Assembly: GCA_027451665.1 (NCBI GenBank)
Contig: DAIDIW010000002.1
Coordinates: 146,766-210,765, forward strand
Source: Candidatus Kaiserbacteria bacterium
GTDB lineage: Bacteria > Patescibacteriota > Minisyncoccia > Phycocordibacterales > Phycocordibacteraceae
DNA: 64,000 nt
Direction of reading: 5' to 3'
The notes beneath the pieces were generated by a model. The model was not told the DNA's origin. It made no database searches and saw only the letters and a list, made by a program, of their open reading frames with translations. Shown piece by piece: positions 17,694 to 26,988 of this stretch. Within the stretch, counting starts at the first letter, position 1; every line of letters begins with the position of its first letter. Both the position numbers and the translations under genes were made by a program.

Positions 17694-18644
17694 TTACTCG
17701 TCCTTGAGGATAAGCCCGTGTTCCGCGAGGACGTTCGAAATGCTCTCAATGGCTGCCGCGCCGATGCCATCGAGCTCCTTGAGCTGCGACGCGCTCTTGC
17801 GCGCAAGACCGGCAAGGCTTTTTACGCCAGCCTCCTCGAGCGCCGCGATGACGCGGGCAGAAAGGTCGAGGTCGGTAACCTTTACCTTCGCGGGATCAGC
17901 TGCGAAGGATTCCTCAGGTGCGGCCGCTTCGGCCGCCCGGTCGCCCTTCGATGCTGACTCTTGGAAGCCAAGGATTGACTTCAACTGATGAATCATGATC
18001 TCGATCGACTGCTCAAGCGCTTCGCGTGGCGATACGGTCCCGTTCGTTTCAATAAGGATGCGCAGGCGGTTGAAGTCCGTACGGTCGCCGACACGCATGT
18101 TCTCCACTTCATAGTTCACGCGTCGTATCGGCGTGAACGTCGCATCAAGCGCGATCGTACCGATGTCCACCTTCTCCTTAGTGAGCACCTCACGGGGCAC
18201 GTAGCCCAAACCGCGCTCGATGGTCGCCTCGAGCTCAAGCGATGCCTTGCCGGCGATATCAGCGATATGTTGATCAGGATTTGCAATCTCAACCTGCGTC
18301 GGCAGAATGAAGTCCTTCGCCGTCACCTCCTTCTCTCCTTTCACGGAAAGCTTAATCGTCTGCGGCTCATCGCCGTGCAGGACGAAATGTACGCGCTTCA
18401 GATTGAGGAGCATTTCCATGACAGTCTCGCGGACGCCTTCAAGCGTAGCGAACTCATGAGCGACGCCGTCGATTTTGACCTGCGTTATCGCGGCGCCCGG
18501 AAGCGACGATAGGATGATCCGGCGGAGTGAGTTGCCGAGCGTGTGGCCGTACCCAGGATAAAGAGAATCAATCTCATAGGTGCCCTGCATGCCCTCTTCG
18601 GAGACGATGCGCGGCTTGCTTGGCAAGGTGATGTGATATTCCAT
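17694..18644 (-). CDS. rpoA: DNA-directed RNA polymerase alpha subunit
   Basis: [35 protein letters not shown]; alpha-NTD and alpha-CTD present; 316 aa. Confidence 0.9.
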   Translation of the reverse strand: [316 protein letters not shown]

Positions 18645-18670
18645 AACTCAATCAGTTATCACGTATAAAG

Positions 18671-19285
18671 CTAGCGGGTGTAAAACGAAAGCACCATCCC
18701 GAGATCGCCCGCAGGATCAGCGGATGCCGCCGTCGGACGTTCCTGGATGCCGCCCTCCATGGTCTTCGGATTCCACGACAACCAGGACGCGAGCGGGCGC
18801 TCCATAAAGCGATCGTTGAAGCCGACGAGGAGGCCGTGATCCTTCGAGCCCTCGCGGACTGCGACGCGATCCCCAATTGAGAGCGCGTGCGAAGGAATGC
18901 GGATCTTTTTGCCATTCACAGTGACGTGGCCGTGCGCGACCATCTGGCGCGCAGCTCGCCGCGATGGTGCGAGGCCGAGACGATAAATCACATTGTCGAG
19001 GCGCATCTCAAGCATCTCATGGAGACGCTCTACAGGTTGTGACCCGGCGGCTGCAAGCGCCTTGTTCACGTAAAGGCGGAACTGCTTTTCAGGCAGGCCG
19101 TAGGTGAGGCGCACCTTCTGCTTCTCGAGCATCTGCTTGCCATATTCGCTCTGGCGGCCGCGGCGGCGGCCGCGTTTATTGCGTTCAGAGCGCTCAGCCG
19201 ACAGTGCGAACTTCTGCGACTGCGTCTTGTCAAAGACAGACGGGCCGAGACGCTTAGCGATCTTGTATCGAGGTCCGATTTTCAT
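18671..19285 (-). CDS. rpsD: 30S ribosomal protein S4
   Basis: MKIGPRYKIAKRLG... S4 N-terminus and S4 RNA-binding domain (SRRAARQMVAHGHVTVNGKKIRIPSHALSIGD). Start at ATG 19285; the track ORF has a 58-aa extension. Confidence 0.85.
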   Translation of the reverse strand: MKIGPRYKIAKRLGPSVFDKTQSQKFALSAERSERNKRGRRRGRQSEYGKQMLEKQKVRLTYGLPEKQFRLYVNKALAAAGSQPVERLHEMLEMRLDNVIYRLGLAPSRRAARQMVAHGHVTVNGKKIRIPSHALSIGDRVAVREGSKDHGLLVGFNDRFMERPLASWLSWNPKTMEGGIQERPTAASADPAGDLGMVLSFYTR

Positions 19286-19298
19286 AGTGAGACGAGCG

Positions 19299-19733
19299 TT
19301 ATACGCGGCGAGGTTTAGGCGGGCGCGGACCGTTGTGCGGCACCGGCGTTGCGTCCTTGATGGAACGTATCTGCACCCCTTTGCCTGCAAACGCGCGGAC
19401 AACGGACTCGCGGCCGGCGCCGACGCCGCGAATAACGACCGTCGCCTCCTTAAGGCCAATTGTCATCCCCTTCTCCCCAAGCAATTCGCCGACCTTAGCG
19501 GCCGCATACGGAGTCGATTTTCGCGCGCCCGAAAAGCCGAGGCTTCCGGCTGACGACGAGATGATCGCGTTCCCCTTCTCGTCCGTAAGTACTGCCTTCG
19601 TGTTATTGAAGGTCGCCTCCACGTGGAGAATGCCTTTCTCGATGTGTCGCTTGGTGGTCTTCGACAGCGCGCGGTCCTTGCGTCCTTGGTCGAGACCGCG
19701 GCCTCTCTTCTTAACGATACGCTTCTTTCCCAT
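19299..19733 (-). CDS. rpsK: 30S ribosomal protein S11
   Basis: HVEATFNNTKAVLTD ... RKSTPYAAAKVGE ... PHNGPRPPKPRRV. Confidence 0.9.
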   Translation of the reverse strand: MGKKRIVKKRGRGLDQGRKDRALSKTTKRHIEKGILHVEATFNNTKAVLTDEKGNAIISSSAGSLGFSGARKSTPYAAAKVGELLGEKGMTIGLKEATVVIRGVGAGRESVVRAFAGKGVQIRSIKDATPVPHNGPRPPKPRRV

Positions 19734-19764
19734 GCTGGATGATTATCAAATGAGTATCTAAGAA

Positions 19765-20145
19765 CTACGTCTTCTCGAGCGTACGACGACCGCTCGTCAT
19801 CGTTTTTCGTACGTTGCCGCGGCGGGTCCGCGAGTTGGTCTTCGTACGTTGATTTCGAACCGGCAGGCCCCGTTCGTGGCGGAGGCCGCGCCATGCGCGA
19901 ATATCCTTCAAGCGCTTCACGTTGCTGCCGATCTCCCGGCGAAGTTCACCCTCAATCGTGTAGCCCTCACAAAGTGAACGGACGAGCTGTTCCTCCTCAG
20001 GACTAAGCTCGCCGCCCTTCTTATTGAACGGTACGCCCGCCTTCGTGAGGATATCCTTGGCGCGTGCCGGACCGATACCGTAAAGAATCGGCAGCGCATA
20101 CGAGAGCTGCTTGTCGTCTGGAATGGTTACACCTGCAATACGCAT
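19765..20145 (-). CDS. rpsM: 30S ribosomal protein S13
   Basis: MRIAGVTIPDDKQLSYALPILYGIGPARAKDILTKAGV; start at ATG 20145. The track ORF extension is the out-of-frame read-through of rpmJ. Confidence 0.9.
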   Translation of the reverse strand: MRIAGVTIPDDKQLSYALPILYGIGPARAKDILTKAGVPFNKKGGELSPEEEQLVRSLCEGYTIEGELRREIGSNVKRLKDIRAWRGLRHERGLPVRNQRTKTNSRTRRGNVRKTMTSGRRTLEKT

Positions 20146-20167
20146 AAGTACGAAAATAGTATGACGC

Positions 20168-20284
20168 CTAACCCTGGCGCGCCTTGCGGCGCGGGTTCTT
20201 CTTATTGATACGGTACAGCCGACCACCGCGACGGACGATCTGATCACCTGGCTGCTGCACGCGGATCGAAGCACGTACTTTCAT
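20168..20284 (-). CDS. rpmJ: 50S ribosomal protein L36, zinc-free variant
   Basis: Unlisted 38-aa [41 protein letters not shown] between infA and rpsM. It matches L36 (MKVRASV...KHKQRQG), but the C-x2-C-x12-C-x4-H zinc ligands are replaced by Q, D, N, R. Confidence 0.75.
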   Translation of the reverse strand: MKVRASIRVQQPGDQIVRRGGRLYRINKKNPRRKARQG

Positions 20285-20301
20285 CAGTAAGAAGATTAGA
20301 T

Positions 20302-20535
20302 TTAAGACAAACGTCGCACGATTCGAGCTCGGCCGCCATACGGATCGAGAACCATCTCGACCTGATCGCCTACGAGCACGCGAATACGATGCAGTCGCAT
20401 CTTGCCCGCAAGGTATGCGAGGACGAGCTCGCCCTCATCTGCCCCATCAGCTCCCGGAAGGCGTACACGAAATAACGAATTCGGCAGCACCTCTTCGACG
20501 ATGCCGGTCGCCGTGTTCTGTTCACCTTCCTTCAT
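20302..20535 (-). CDS. infA: translation initiation factor IF-1
   Basis: [65 protein letters not shown]; S1-like OB fold. Confidence 0.9.
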   Translation of the reverse strand: MKEGEQNTATGIVEEVLPNSLFRVRLPGADGADEGELVLAYLAGKMRLHRIRVLVGDQVEMVLDPYGGRARIVRRLS

Positions 20536-20580
20536 GCGGATACGTTCATGACTATAGCAAGGGGCCCGGAAATGGTCAAA

Positions 20581-21828
20581 TTACCGGTTCGGATTCGTTA
20601 CGGTGACCTTGATCGACGAAGGGTCTTGCGGGAAGGATGAGCGCCAGAAGGGGCGCAGAATGAGGACCGCTCGCTTCACCTCCGGATAGTTCGTAAGTGC
20701 CACCTCTGCGGCTGACCGGCTTTTCCCGGCCACTGCCGCTGCGATTCTGCCGGGGTCGACGGTATAGGTAAGATTCGCGGTGCCCGCCAGGGTGAATGCG
20801 AACTGGGAGGATGCGGGCGTCGGATAGCCCGAAATCGGGGTAAGGGTGAGTCCGCTCGTCGAGGAAAGCGTGAGCGGTTCGCCCTGGTAGCCGAGGCCGG
20901 TTATCGAGGTTGCAATGCTTTTCGCGAGCGCGGCTGACGGGAAAATAATAGCCGTCTCGGTCGCCTGCTCCTTCACATCAACCTGGCCAGTGGTGGCTGA
21001 TGGCGTCGGCGTTAGCTCATCGAACGTTGTAGTAGCAGCGCCCGAGAGAAGCACATACCCTGCAGGTATCTGACTTTGAATGCTGGACACGAGATCAGGC
21101 GCGAGCGCAGTCTTAAGCGAAGTTACGGCGGATTGCTCAGTCGCAGGCGCAACCGTTGGCACGGTCCCGCTTGCACCGCCAATCATGGGAGTCGCCGAAC
21201 GGGCGGTAATCTTCGTCGCGAGCGCGGTACCGTCGAGTCCCGGGACCGTGAACGAGGTGGGCCCAATGTTGTAGGAATCACCGGACTGGTCCGCTGTTAC
21301 CTCGACCTCGATGCTTCCGGGCGTAGATATCGAGCCGCCTGGCACGGTCACCGCCTTGCCGATGCGGAAGATGAGGCCGGACGGAGTCGCAAAACGCGTG
21401 TCTGTTACGAGCCGTTGGGCACGTAGCTCCGTGTTATAGATCGTTATTTGGCCCGTTGCCTTGCTATTTACCTGCTTAGTGCCCGAACCTTGCACGCTCT
21501 GCGTCGCGATCTTCTGAACGGTGAGTATTTCGAACGGAAGATCGCCCGTGCTCTTATCAGCCGTGAAGGAGTTCTGGACCGCCGTTGTTACGGTGCTTGG
21601 CGTTACCTGTACTTCCGCGCTTGAGAAATAGAAGAGGGCGCCGATGGACACGAATATGACGACAAAGATGCCGATAAGGGTCGCGTAGGGGAATCGTGGG
21701 GGCCGCGGGGTAAGGCGGAGCGGCTCGCGAGAGATACCGGGCGACTGCGGGGCCTGCAAGTCGGTCACTGGAGCAGGCTCCATCTCCTTGCGGCGAGACG
21801 GCGGGATTATGTCATCGAGTTTGCGCAT
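20581..21828 (-). CDS. hypothetical bitopic membrane protein (N-in, 1 TM, large Thr/Ser/Ala-rich extracytoplasmic domain)
   Basis: 415 aa; cytoplasmic Pro/Arg-rich N-terminus, TM LIGIFVVIFVSIGALFYF, then beta-rich low-complexity domain. Topology like PilN/FtsQ-type partners of actin-like ATPases. Confidence 0.45.
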   Translation of the reverse strand: MRKLDDIIPPSRRKEMEPAPVTDLQAPQSPGISREPLRLTPRPPRFPYATLIGIFVVIFVSIGALFYFSSAEVQVTPSTVTTAVQNSFTADKSTGDLPFEILTVQKIATQSVQGSGTKQVNSKATGQITIYNTELRAQRLVTDTRFATPSGLIFRIGKAVTVPGGSISTPGSIEVEVTADQSGDSYNIGPTSFTVPGLDGTALATKITARSATPMIGGASGTVPTVAPATEQSAVTSLKTALAPDLVSSIQSQIPAGYVLLSGAATTTFDELTPTPSATTGQVDVKEQATETAIIFPSAALAKSIATSITGLGYQGEPLTLSSTSGLTLTPISGYPTPASSQFAFTLAGTANLTYTVDPGRIAAAVAGKSRSAAEVALTNYPEVKRAVLILRPFWRSSFPQDPSSIKVTVTNPNR

Positions 21829-21887
21829 AGTTTCCAGTATACCTGAGGAATGACGCGTCGCGGCTCCTTTTGCACATACCTCCCCTG

Positions 21888-22925
21888 CTACTCATCATGA
21901 CCGTGTTCCTTCCAGTAAAGCGTCATGAGTTGCATCACGATATCCGGCTCCACTTCGGCGCCCTGCTTCATCGGCGGCAACTGCTTCATCCGGATAGGAA
22001 CGAGTTTCGGAGGGTCATCAGTAAGCCACATTTTTCCAAGATCTGCCCCTTCGAGCGCGCGTTGTACCGGCTCAAGATGATCGTCATCCGCGAGAATGAA
22101 GATGATGCGAGGCAAAGGATATCGCGTGGCGAATTCGCCGAATGCGTTTACTACCTCGCCAATCCATTCGGGCGAGCCGGCTTCCCCGTCTGGCAGCTCT
22201 TTTACTGCGACCAAAAGTCCCTTCCGAATAAGCGAAATGGCGATTTCAGGGCCGCTCGCGTCAAGCAAGAACGCGTTACGCTCGTGCGGGAATACGCTGC
22301 GTACGGCTTGATAGCGCAGTGAGCTCCCCGCGATTGTCGGTATACGCTCCGTGTGGAACAACGAGCGTAATACCCCGGCTATTGCGCGCGCTACAGCCTC
22401 ATCGATGAAGGATACGAGCATGATGACCTGCGCACGCATGACCTGTTTTCCGAACGGCTCATGCGTCTCATAACCGTTGAGCGTGGTACCGACGATGCTT
22501 TCATCGACAAGCAGTTTGCCCTTGGGCGTCACCGCTGCTTTCCGTATAGCAGCGTCAAGCATCCTGCGGGTGAATGTGAAAGGCTTTTTATCCTCAAATT
22601 TTTCGTAACGCAGCATGGTCGACTGCCAGGGGGCGCTTATGGAGACAAGAAGCGCTTCTGCCCTGCCGGATCCGGTAAGACGCGCAAGCGCTGGGGCGCC
22701 ATCGCGTACGAGCGTGTCGCAGAGCTCCTTAAGCGTGCGCGTCATGGCACTCACGTCGTCCTCGTGCTCCTTTGGCTCGATGCTCAGACGACGCGCATAG
22801 GCGATCGTCGCCTGCGCATCCGGAGTAAAGTGCGCATATGCCCCCGCAACGGAGCCGGCGCCTATGTCTAGGAGCAGTATTGACTCCGCTTCAGGCTTGT
22901 TGAAGAGGCGCGCGAAAAATCCCAT
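21888..22925 (-). CDS. actin/Hsp70-fold ATPase, FtsA/PilM-like
   Basis: N-terminal phosphate-1 motif ILLLDIGAGSVAGAYA; later DASGPEIAISLI (phosphate-2-like). Start at ATG 22925 (MGFFARLF). Confidence 0.5.
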   Translation of the reverse strand: MGFFARLFNKPEAESILLLDIGAGSVAGAYAHFTPDAQATIAYARRLSIEPKEHEDDVSAMTRTLKELCDTLVRDGAPALARLTGSGRAEALLVSISAPWQSTMLRYEKFEDKKPFTFTRRMLDAAIRKAAVTPKGKLLVDESIVGTTLNGYETHEPFGKQVMRAQVIMLVSFIDEAVARAIAGVLRSLFHTERIPTIAGSSLRYQAVRSVFPHERNAFLLDASGPEIAISLIRKGLLVAVKELPDGEAGSPEWIGEVVNAFGEFATRYPLPRIIFILADDDHLEPVQRALEGADLGKMWLTDDPPKLVPIRMKQLPPMKQGAEVEPDIVMQLMTLYWKEHGHDE

Positions 22926-22985
22926 GTGGTGACAGTATACGGCATGCGTTTCGCAGAACCGTACACAAGGAGGATAAAATAACAC

Positions 22986-24926
22986 TCACTCGAGCACGGC
23001 CTTGATACGGCGCACTCCTGCCGAAGACGCTTCCTCCTTTTTGATCTTGAAGCGCCTCCCTCCTTCGCCGAGTTCCTTGGTATTCGAGACGTGCGGACCG
23101 CCGCAGAACTCGATTGAGAACGCTCTACCGAATTTTGGGTCTTCCGGGGTTGCGTCTTTCGGCCCTACCGAGTACACGGAGACGGTGTCCGGGTAGCTCG
23201 CGCCGAACTCGTGCTCCGCGCCCAACTTCTCAGCCTCCTCTTTGGGCATCACTGTGCGGGTAACCGGCAGCGCCTCGTCTATCTTCTCGTTCACAATGCA
23301 CTCTACTGCCGCCTTCTGTTCGTCGGTCATCTTCGCGCCATGATTAAAGTCAATACGAAGTCGCTCGCTCGTGATGTTGCTACCGCGCTGGTGCACGTCA
23401 GGCCCGAGCACCGTCTGGAGCGCCTTCAAAAGGAGATGGTGCGCGGTGTGATAGCGTACAGTCTGTTCCCCGTGGTCTGCGAGCCCGCCTGCAAATTTCT
23501 GTACAGCTCCTGCGCGCGAGGTCTCACTGTGTTTACGAAGTAGCACTTGCACGAGCTCGTCTCTAATCTCTAGTCCACGTGCGGTAGCTTCCTCGCGGAC
23601 AAGCTCATACGGAAAACCGTAGGTCGTTATAAGTTCGAACACTGCTTCGGCACGTAGGGTACGGACCTCGTTTGTTCCGCTGATTGAGCTAACGATCACC
23701 TTTTCAAACTCGCGCATACCTCTCTCGAGCGCCTTACGGAACTGTGCCTCTTCCCTTTCAAGTGCGTCCTTGATATGGGTCGCCTGCGTAAGCACGTACG
23801 GATACTGCTCCGAGTAGGCGCTCCCGTAGCCCTTTGCGACGTCTGCCAATACGGCCTCCTTAATACGGAGTTTGTCCGCTTCGCGGATAGAACGGCGGAT
23901 AAGGCGGCGGAGTACGTAGCCCTGCTCGCTATTACCCGGAAGGATGCTGCTCGCGAGCATAAAGCTTGCTGCCCGCATGTGGTCGAGAATAATGCGAAAC
24001 GAGATCGTCGTTACGAGATTATCGTCATAGCGCATGCCTGAACGCTCCTCGAGCACGGCACGCGCCTTATCGAATACGTCGATCAGGAAGACATCAGGAT
24101 TGCTGCGCGTCGCTGCCGTGAGCCGTTCGAGCCCACCTCCGAAGTCGACGTTTTGCTTTGGCAGCGGGGCAAACGAGCCATTCTCCCGCTTGACGAACTG
24201 CATGAAGACGGAGTTTCCTATCTCGATGAAGCGTCCGCAGTCGCAATTGGGGTGACAATGGGGACCGAACCGCTCGTCGTGCTTGGTGCCGAAATCGTAG
24301 AACACCTCCGAGTCCGGGCCACCAATCTCTCCCGCCGGCATCTTTGCGGGGACGCCCGCACGGCTCCACCAGTTCTTCTTTGCGCCATAGGCGAAGATAC
24401 GTCCGTCCTGCATGCCGAGTTCACCTCCCCGTTCTTCAGTGCCAAGTGGTACGAATTTGGCTTCGATGCCCTTGTCACGGAAGAGGCTCTTCCAGATCTC
24501 TACCGCCTCTGTGTCAAGCGGCGTGCCAGTGTCCTCATCGCCGGCAAATACGGTGACGTAAAGCCTTTCGGGATTAAGCGCCAACCCTTCCTCTTTATCG
24601 GTCAAAAATCCAAAAATCCATGGGAGCTGCTCCTTCTTGAAATAGTCGCCGAGGCTCCAGTTGCCAAGCATCTCGAAGAAGGTAGTGTGGCGGTTATCTC
24701 CTACTTCCTCGATGTCCTCCGCGCGGAAGGACAGCTGCGAATCGGCGAGGCGGCGTCCTTGCGGATGTTCCTGCCCCATGAGGTACGGGACTAGCGGTTG
24801 CATGCCCGAGCTGGTAAAAAGCGTAGTCGGATCGTTCTCAGGAACGATAGGTCCCGAGGGGATGATGGCATGCCCTCGTCTCCGGAAGAATTCCAGATAT
24901 CGGCTGCGGACTTCACTAACCGTCAT
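22986..24926 (-). CDS. alaS: alanyl-tRNA synthetase lacking the C-terminal C-Ala/oligomerisation region
   Basis: N-terminal RYLEFFRRRGHAIIPSGPIVPENDPTTLFTSSGMQPLVPY ... FEMLGNWSLGDYFK. Editing-domain motifs HTAHHLLLKALQ and CGGPHV are present. 646 aa versus about 870 canonical. Confidence 0.85.
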   Translation of the reverse strand: MTVSEVRSRYLEFFRRRGHAIIPSGPIVPENDPTTLFTSSGMQPLVPYLMGQEHPQGRRLADSQLSFRAEDIEEVGDNRHTTFFEMLGNWSLGDYFKKEQLPWIFGFLTDKEEGLALNPERLYVTVFAGDEDTGTPLDTEAVEIWKSLFRDKGIEAKFVPLGTEERGGELGMQDGRIFAYGAKKNWWSRAGVPAKMPAGEIGGPDSEVFYDFGTKHDERFGPHCHPNCDCGRFIEIGNSVFMQFVKRENGSFAPLPKQNVDFGGGLERLTAATRSNPDVFLIDVFDKARAVLEERSGMRYDDNLVTTISFRIILDHMRAASFMLASSILPGNSEQGYVLRRLIRRSIREADKLRIKEAVLADVAKGYGSAYSEQYPYVLTQATHIKDALEREEAQFRKALERGMREFEKVIVSSISGTNEVRTLRAEAVFELITTYGFPYELVREEATARGLEIRDELVQVLLRKHSETSRAGAVQKFAGGLADHGEQTVRYHTAHHLLLKALQTVLGPDVHQRGSNITSERLRIDFNHGAKMTDEQKAAVECIVNEKIDEALPVTRTVMPKEEAEKLGAEHEFGASYPDTVSVYSVGPKDATPEDPKFGRAFSIEFCGGPHVSNTKELGEGGRRFKIKKEEASSAGVRRIKAVLE

Positions 24927-24972
24927 AGAGCAGAAGATAGCATAGCGACACGCTTTCTTATACTATGCACCC

Positions 24973-26946
24973 ATGACGAAACAGGACTGGGGATTCGATA
25001 CGAAGGACATGGACCGGAAGGTCCGACCGCAGGATGACTTCTATCGGTATGCCGGCGGCGGCTGGATCTCTCATACCAAAATGCCTTCCGACGAGACTCG
25101 ATGGGGCGCGTTCTCCATACTCGTGAAAAAAACACAGGAGCAGCTGCATGAGATCGTAAAGGAACTCGTTGCGAAGAAGGGAGCGAAAACTGGCACTCCT
25201 GAGCAGCTGGTCGGCGACTTCTTCAAGAGCGGCATGGATGAGGCACGGCGGGAGAGGCTCGGCATTGAGCCGCTTCTACCGCTTTTTGGACGCGTCCGGA
25301 AGGTAAGGACTCATGAGGAGCTCGTGGACCTCTTGGCGCAATTCGACCGTATTGGCATCAGCGCCCCGTGGGGCGCATTCATTGATCAGGACGCGAAGGA
25401 CAGCGACCGTACGCTGCTGCATCTCATGCAATCAGGTCTCTCGCTGTCAGACCGTGATTACTACTTGAAAAATGATGCGGAGTCGTTGCGCGTGCGTCAC
25501 GCACTTGCAAGACACATACCGAAGCTTCTCGCGCTGGCCGGATTTGATGCAAAGGAAGCTAAGCATCGTGCTGACGTCGTGATGCGGATCGAGACTCAAC
25601 TTGCGAAACGTCAGATGGACAAGGTGGATTGTCGGGATGTCGAGAAGACTTACCATAAGATGAAAATCGCGCAGCTCGCAAAAATCGCGCCTCAGGTGGA
25701 CTGGCGTCGCTATCTGGTGCGGCTTGGTGCGGATCCTGAGCTCGACCTCGTCGTGATGCAGCCTGAGTATCTTAAGAAGGCGGCGTGGTACTTCGCGCGC
25801 GTACCGGTGTACGAATGGCAAGTCTATCTCGAGTGGCAGATTCTAAACGGATTCAGTGGTGCACTCTCAGATGCGTTCGTGAAGCAGAATTTTAACTTCT
25901 ATGGGAAAGCACTTGCGGGATTGAAGCAGATCCGCCCGCGATGGCGTCGCGTCCTTTCGACGGTCGATGGCGGCCTCGGCGAACTCATTGGAAAGATCTA
26001 CGTGGAGCGGCACTTCTCGCCTGAAGCGAAGCGTGCTATGGAGGAGTTGGTCGGGAATCTGTTCGAAGCGTATGCTGCGCGTATACGGAGTCTCGATTGG
26101 ATGAGTGGTACAACGAAAAGGAAGGCGCTCGCGAAGCTCGCACAGATGCACCACAAGATCGGGTATCCACGCAAGTGGAGATCCTATCCGGGCCTTAGGA
26201 TTGATCCGCGGGACTATGTAGGAAATATCCTGCGTACTGCTGAGCACGAGCACCGGCGTGCGATGAGGAAGCTCCATAGGAAAACAAACCGTGACGAGTG
26301 GTTCATGTACCCGCAGACGGTGAATGCGTACTATGCCCCCAGCCTAAATGACATCGTCTTTCCCGCAGCGATCCTACAGCCTCCCTTCTTTAGCGCACTG
26401 GCAGACGCGGCGGTGAATTACGGTGCCATAGGCGAGGTTATTGGGCATGAGATGACCCATGGATTCGACGATCAGGGTGCAAAGTTCGATGGCAAGGGAA
26501 ACCTCAAGACCTGGTGGACGAGGGAAGACAAGGCACGCTTCGAGCGTAAGACGAAGCTTCTCATAAAGCAATTTGATGCGTATACGGTAGCTGACGGTGT
26601 CCCGGTGAATGGTAAGTTTACGCTCGGAGAGAACGTTGCGGATCTTGGCGGCGCAGCGATCGCCTATGACGCGTATACGCGCCATCTCGAGAAGCACCCT
26701 GAGGAAGACTGCGAGATTGACGGCTTCACGCCGTTACAGCGATTCTTCCTTGGATTCTCGATCTTCGAGCGAGAGATTGTGCGACCTGAGTATCAAAAGC
26801 TCGCCGCGATCCATGACCCGCACTCTCCTGGCATCTATCGCATCAACGGACCGCTCTCGAACATGACCGAATTCTACAGAGCATTTGATGTAAAGAAGGG
26901 CGACAAGCTCTGGCGCGCGCCGAAGGACCGCGCAAAGATCTGGTAG
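24973..26946 (+). CDS. pepO: M13 family zinc metalloendopeptidase (PepO / neprilysin-like)
   Basis: HExxH VIGHEMTHGFDDQG and GENVADLGG (ENxADxGG), 657 aa. Largest + strand gene in the window. Confidence 0.85.
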   Translation: MTKQDWGFDTKDMDRKVRPQDDFYRYAGGGWISHTKMPSDETRWGAFSILVKKTQEQLHEIVKELVAKKGAKTGTPEQLVGDFFKSGMDEARRERLGIEPLLPLFGRVRKVRTHEELVDLLAQFDRIGISAPWGAFIDQDAKDSDRTLLHLMQSGLSLSDRDYYLKNDAESLRVRHALARHIPKLLALAGFDAKEAKHRADVVMRIETQLAKRQMDKVDCRDVEKTYHKMKIAQLAKIAPQVDWRRYLVRLGADPELDLVVMQPEYLKKAAWYFARVPVYEWQVYLEWQILNGFSGALSDAFVKQNFNFYGKALAGLKQIRPRWRRVLSTVDGGLGELIGKIYVERHFSPEAKRAMEELVGNLFEAYAARIRSLDWMSGTTKRKALAKLAQMHHKIGYPRKWRSYPGLRIDPRDYVGNILRTAEHEHRRAMRKLHRKTNRDEWFMYPQTVNAYYAPSLNDIVFPAAILQPPFFSALADAAVNYGAIGEVIGHEMTHGFDDQGAKFDGKGNLKTWWTREDKARFERKTKLLIKQFDAYTVADGVPVNGKFTLGENVADLGGAAIAYDAYTRHLEKHPEEDCEIDGFTPLQRFFLGFSIFEREIVRPEYQKLAAIHDPHSPGIYRINGPLSNMTEFYRAFDVKKGDKLWRAPKDRAKIW

Positions 26947-26988
26947 GTTGTGCCAGATCAAGGCGCGACTTGCACGTGTCGGATGAGC

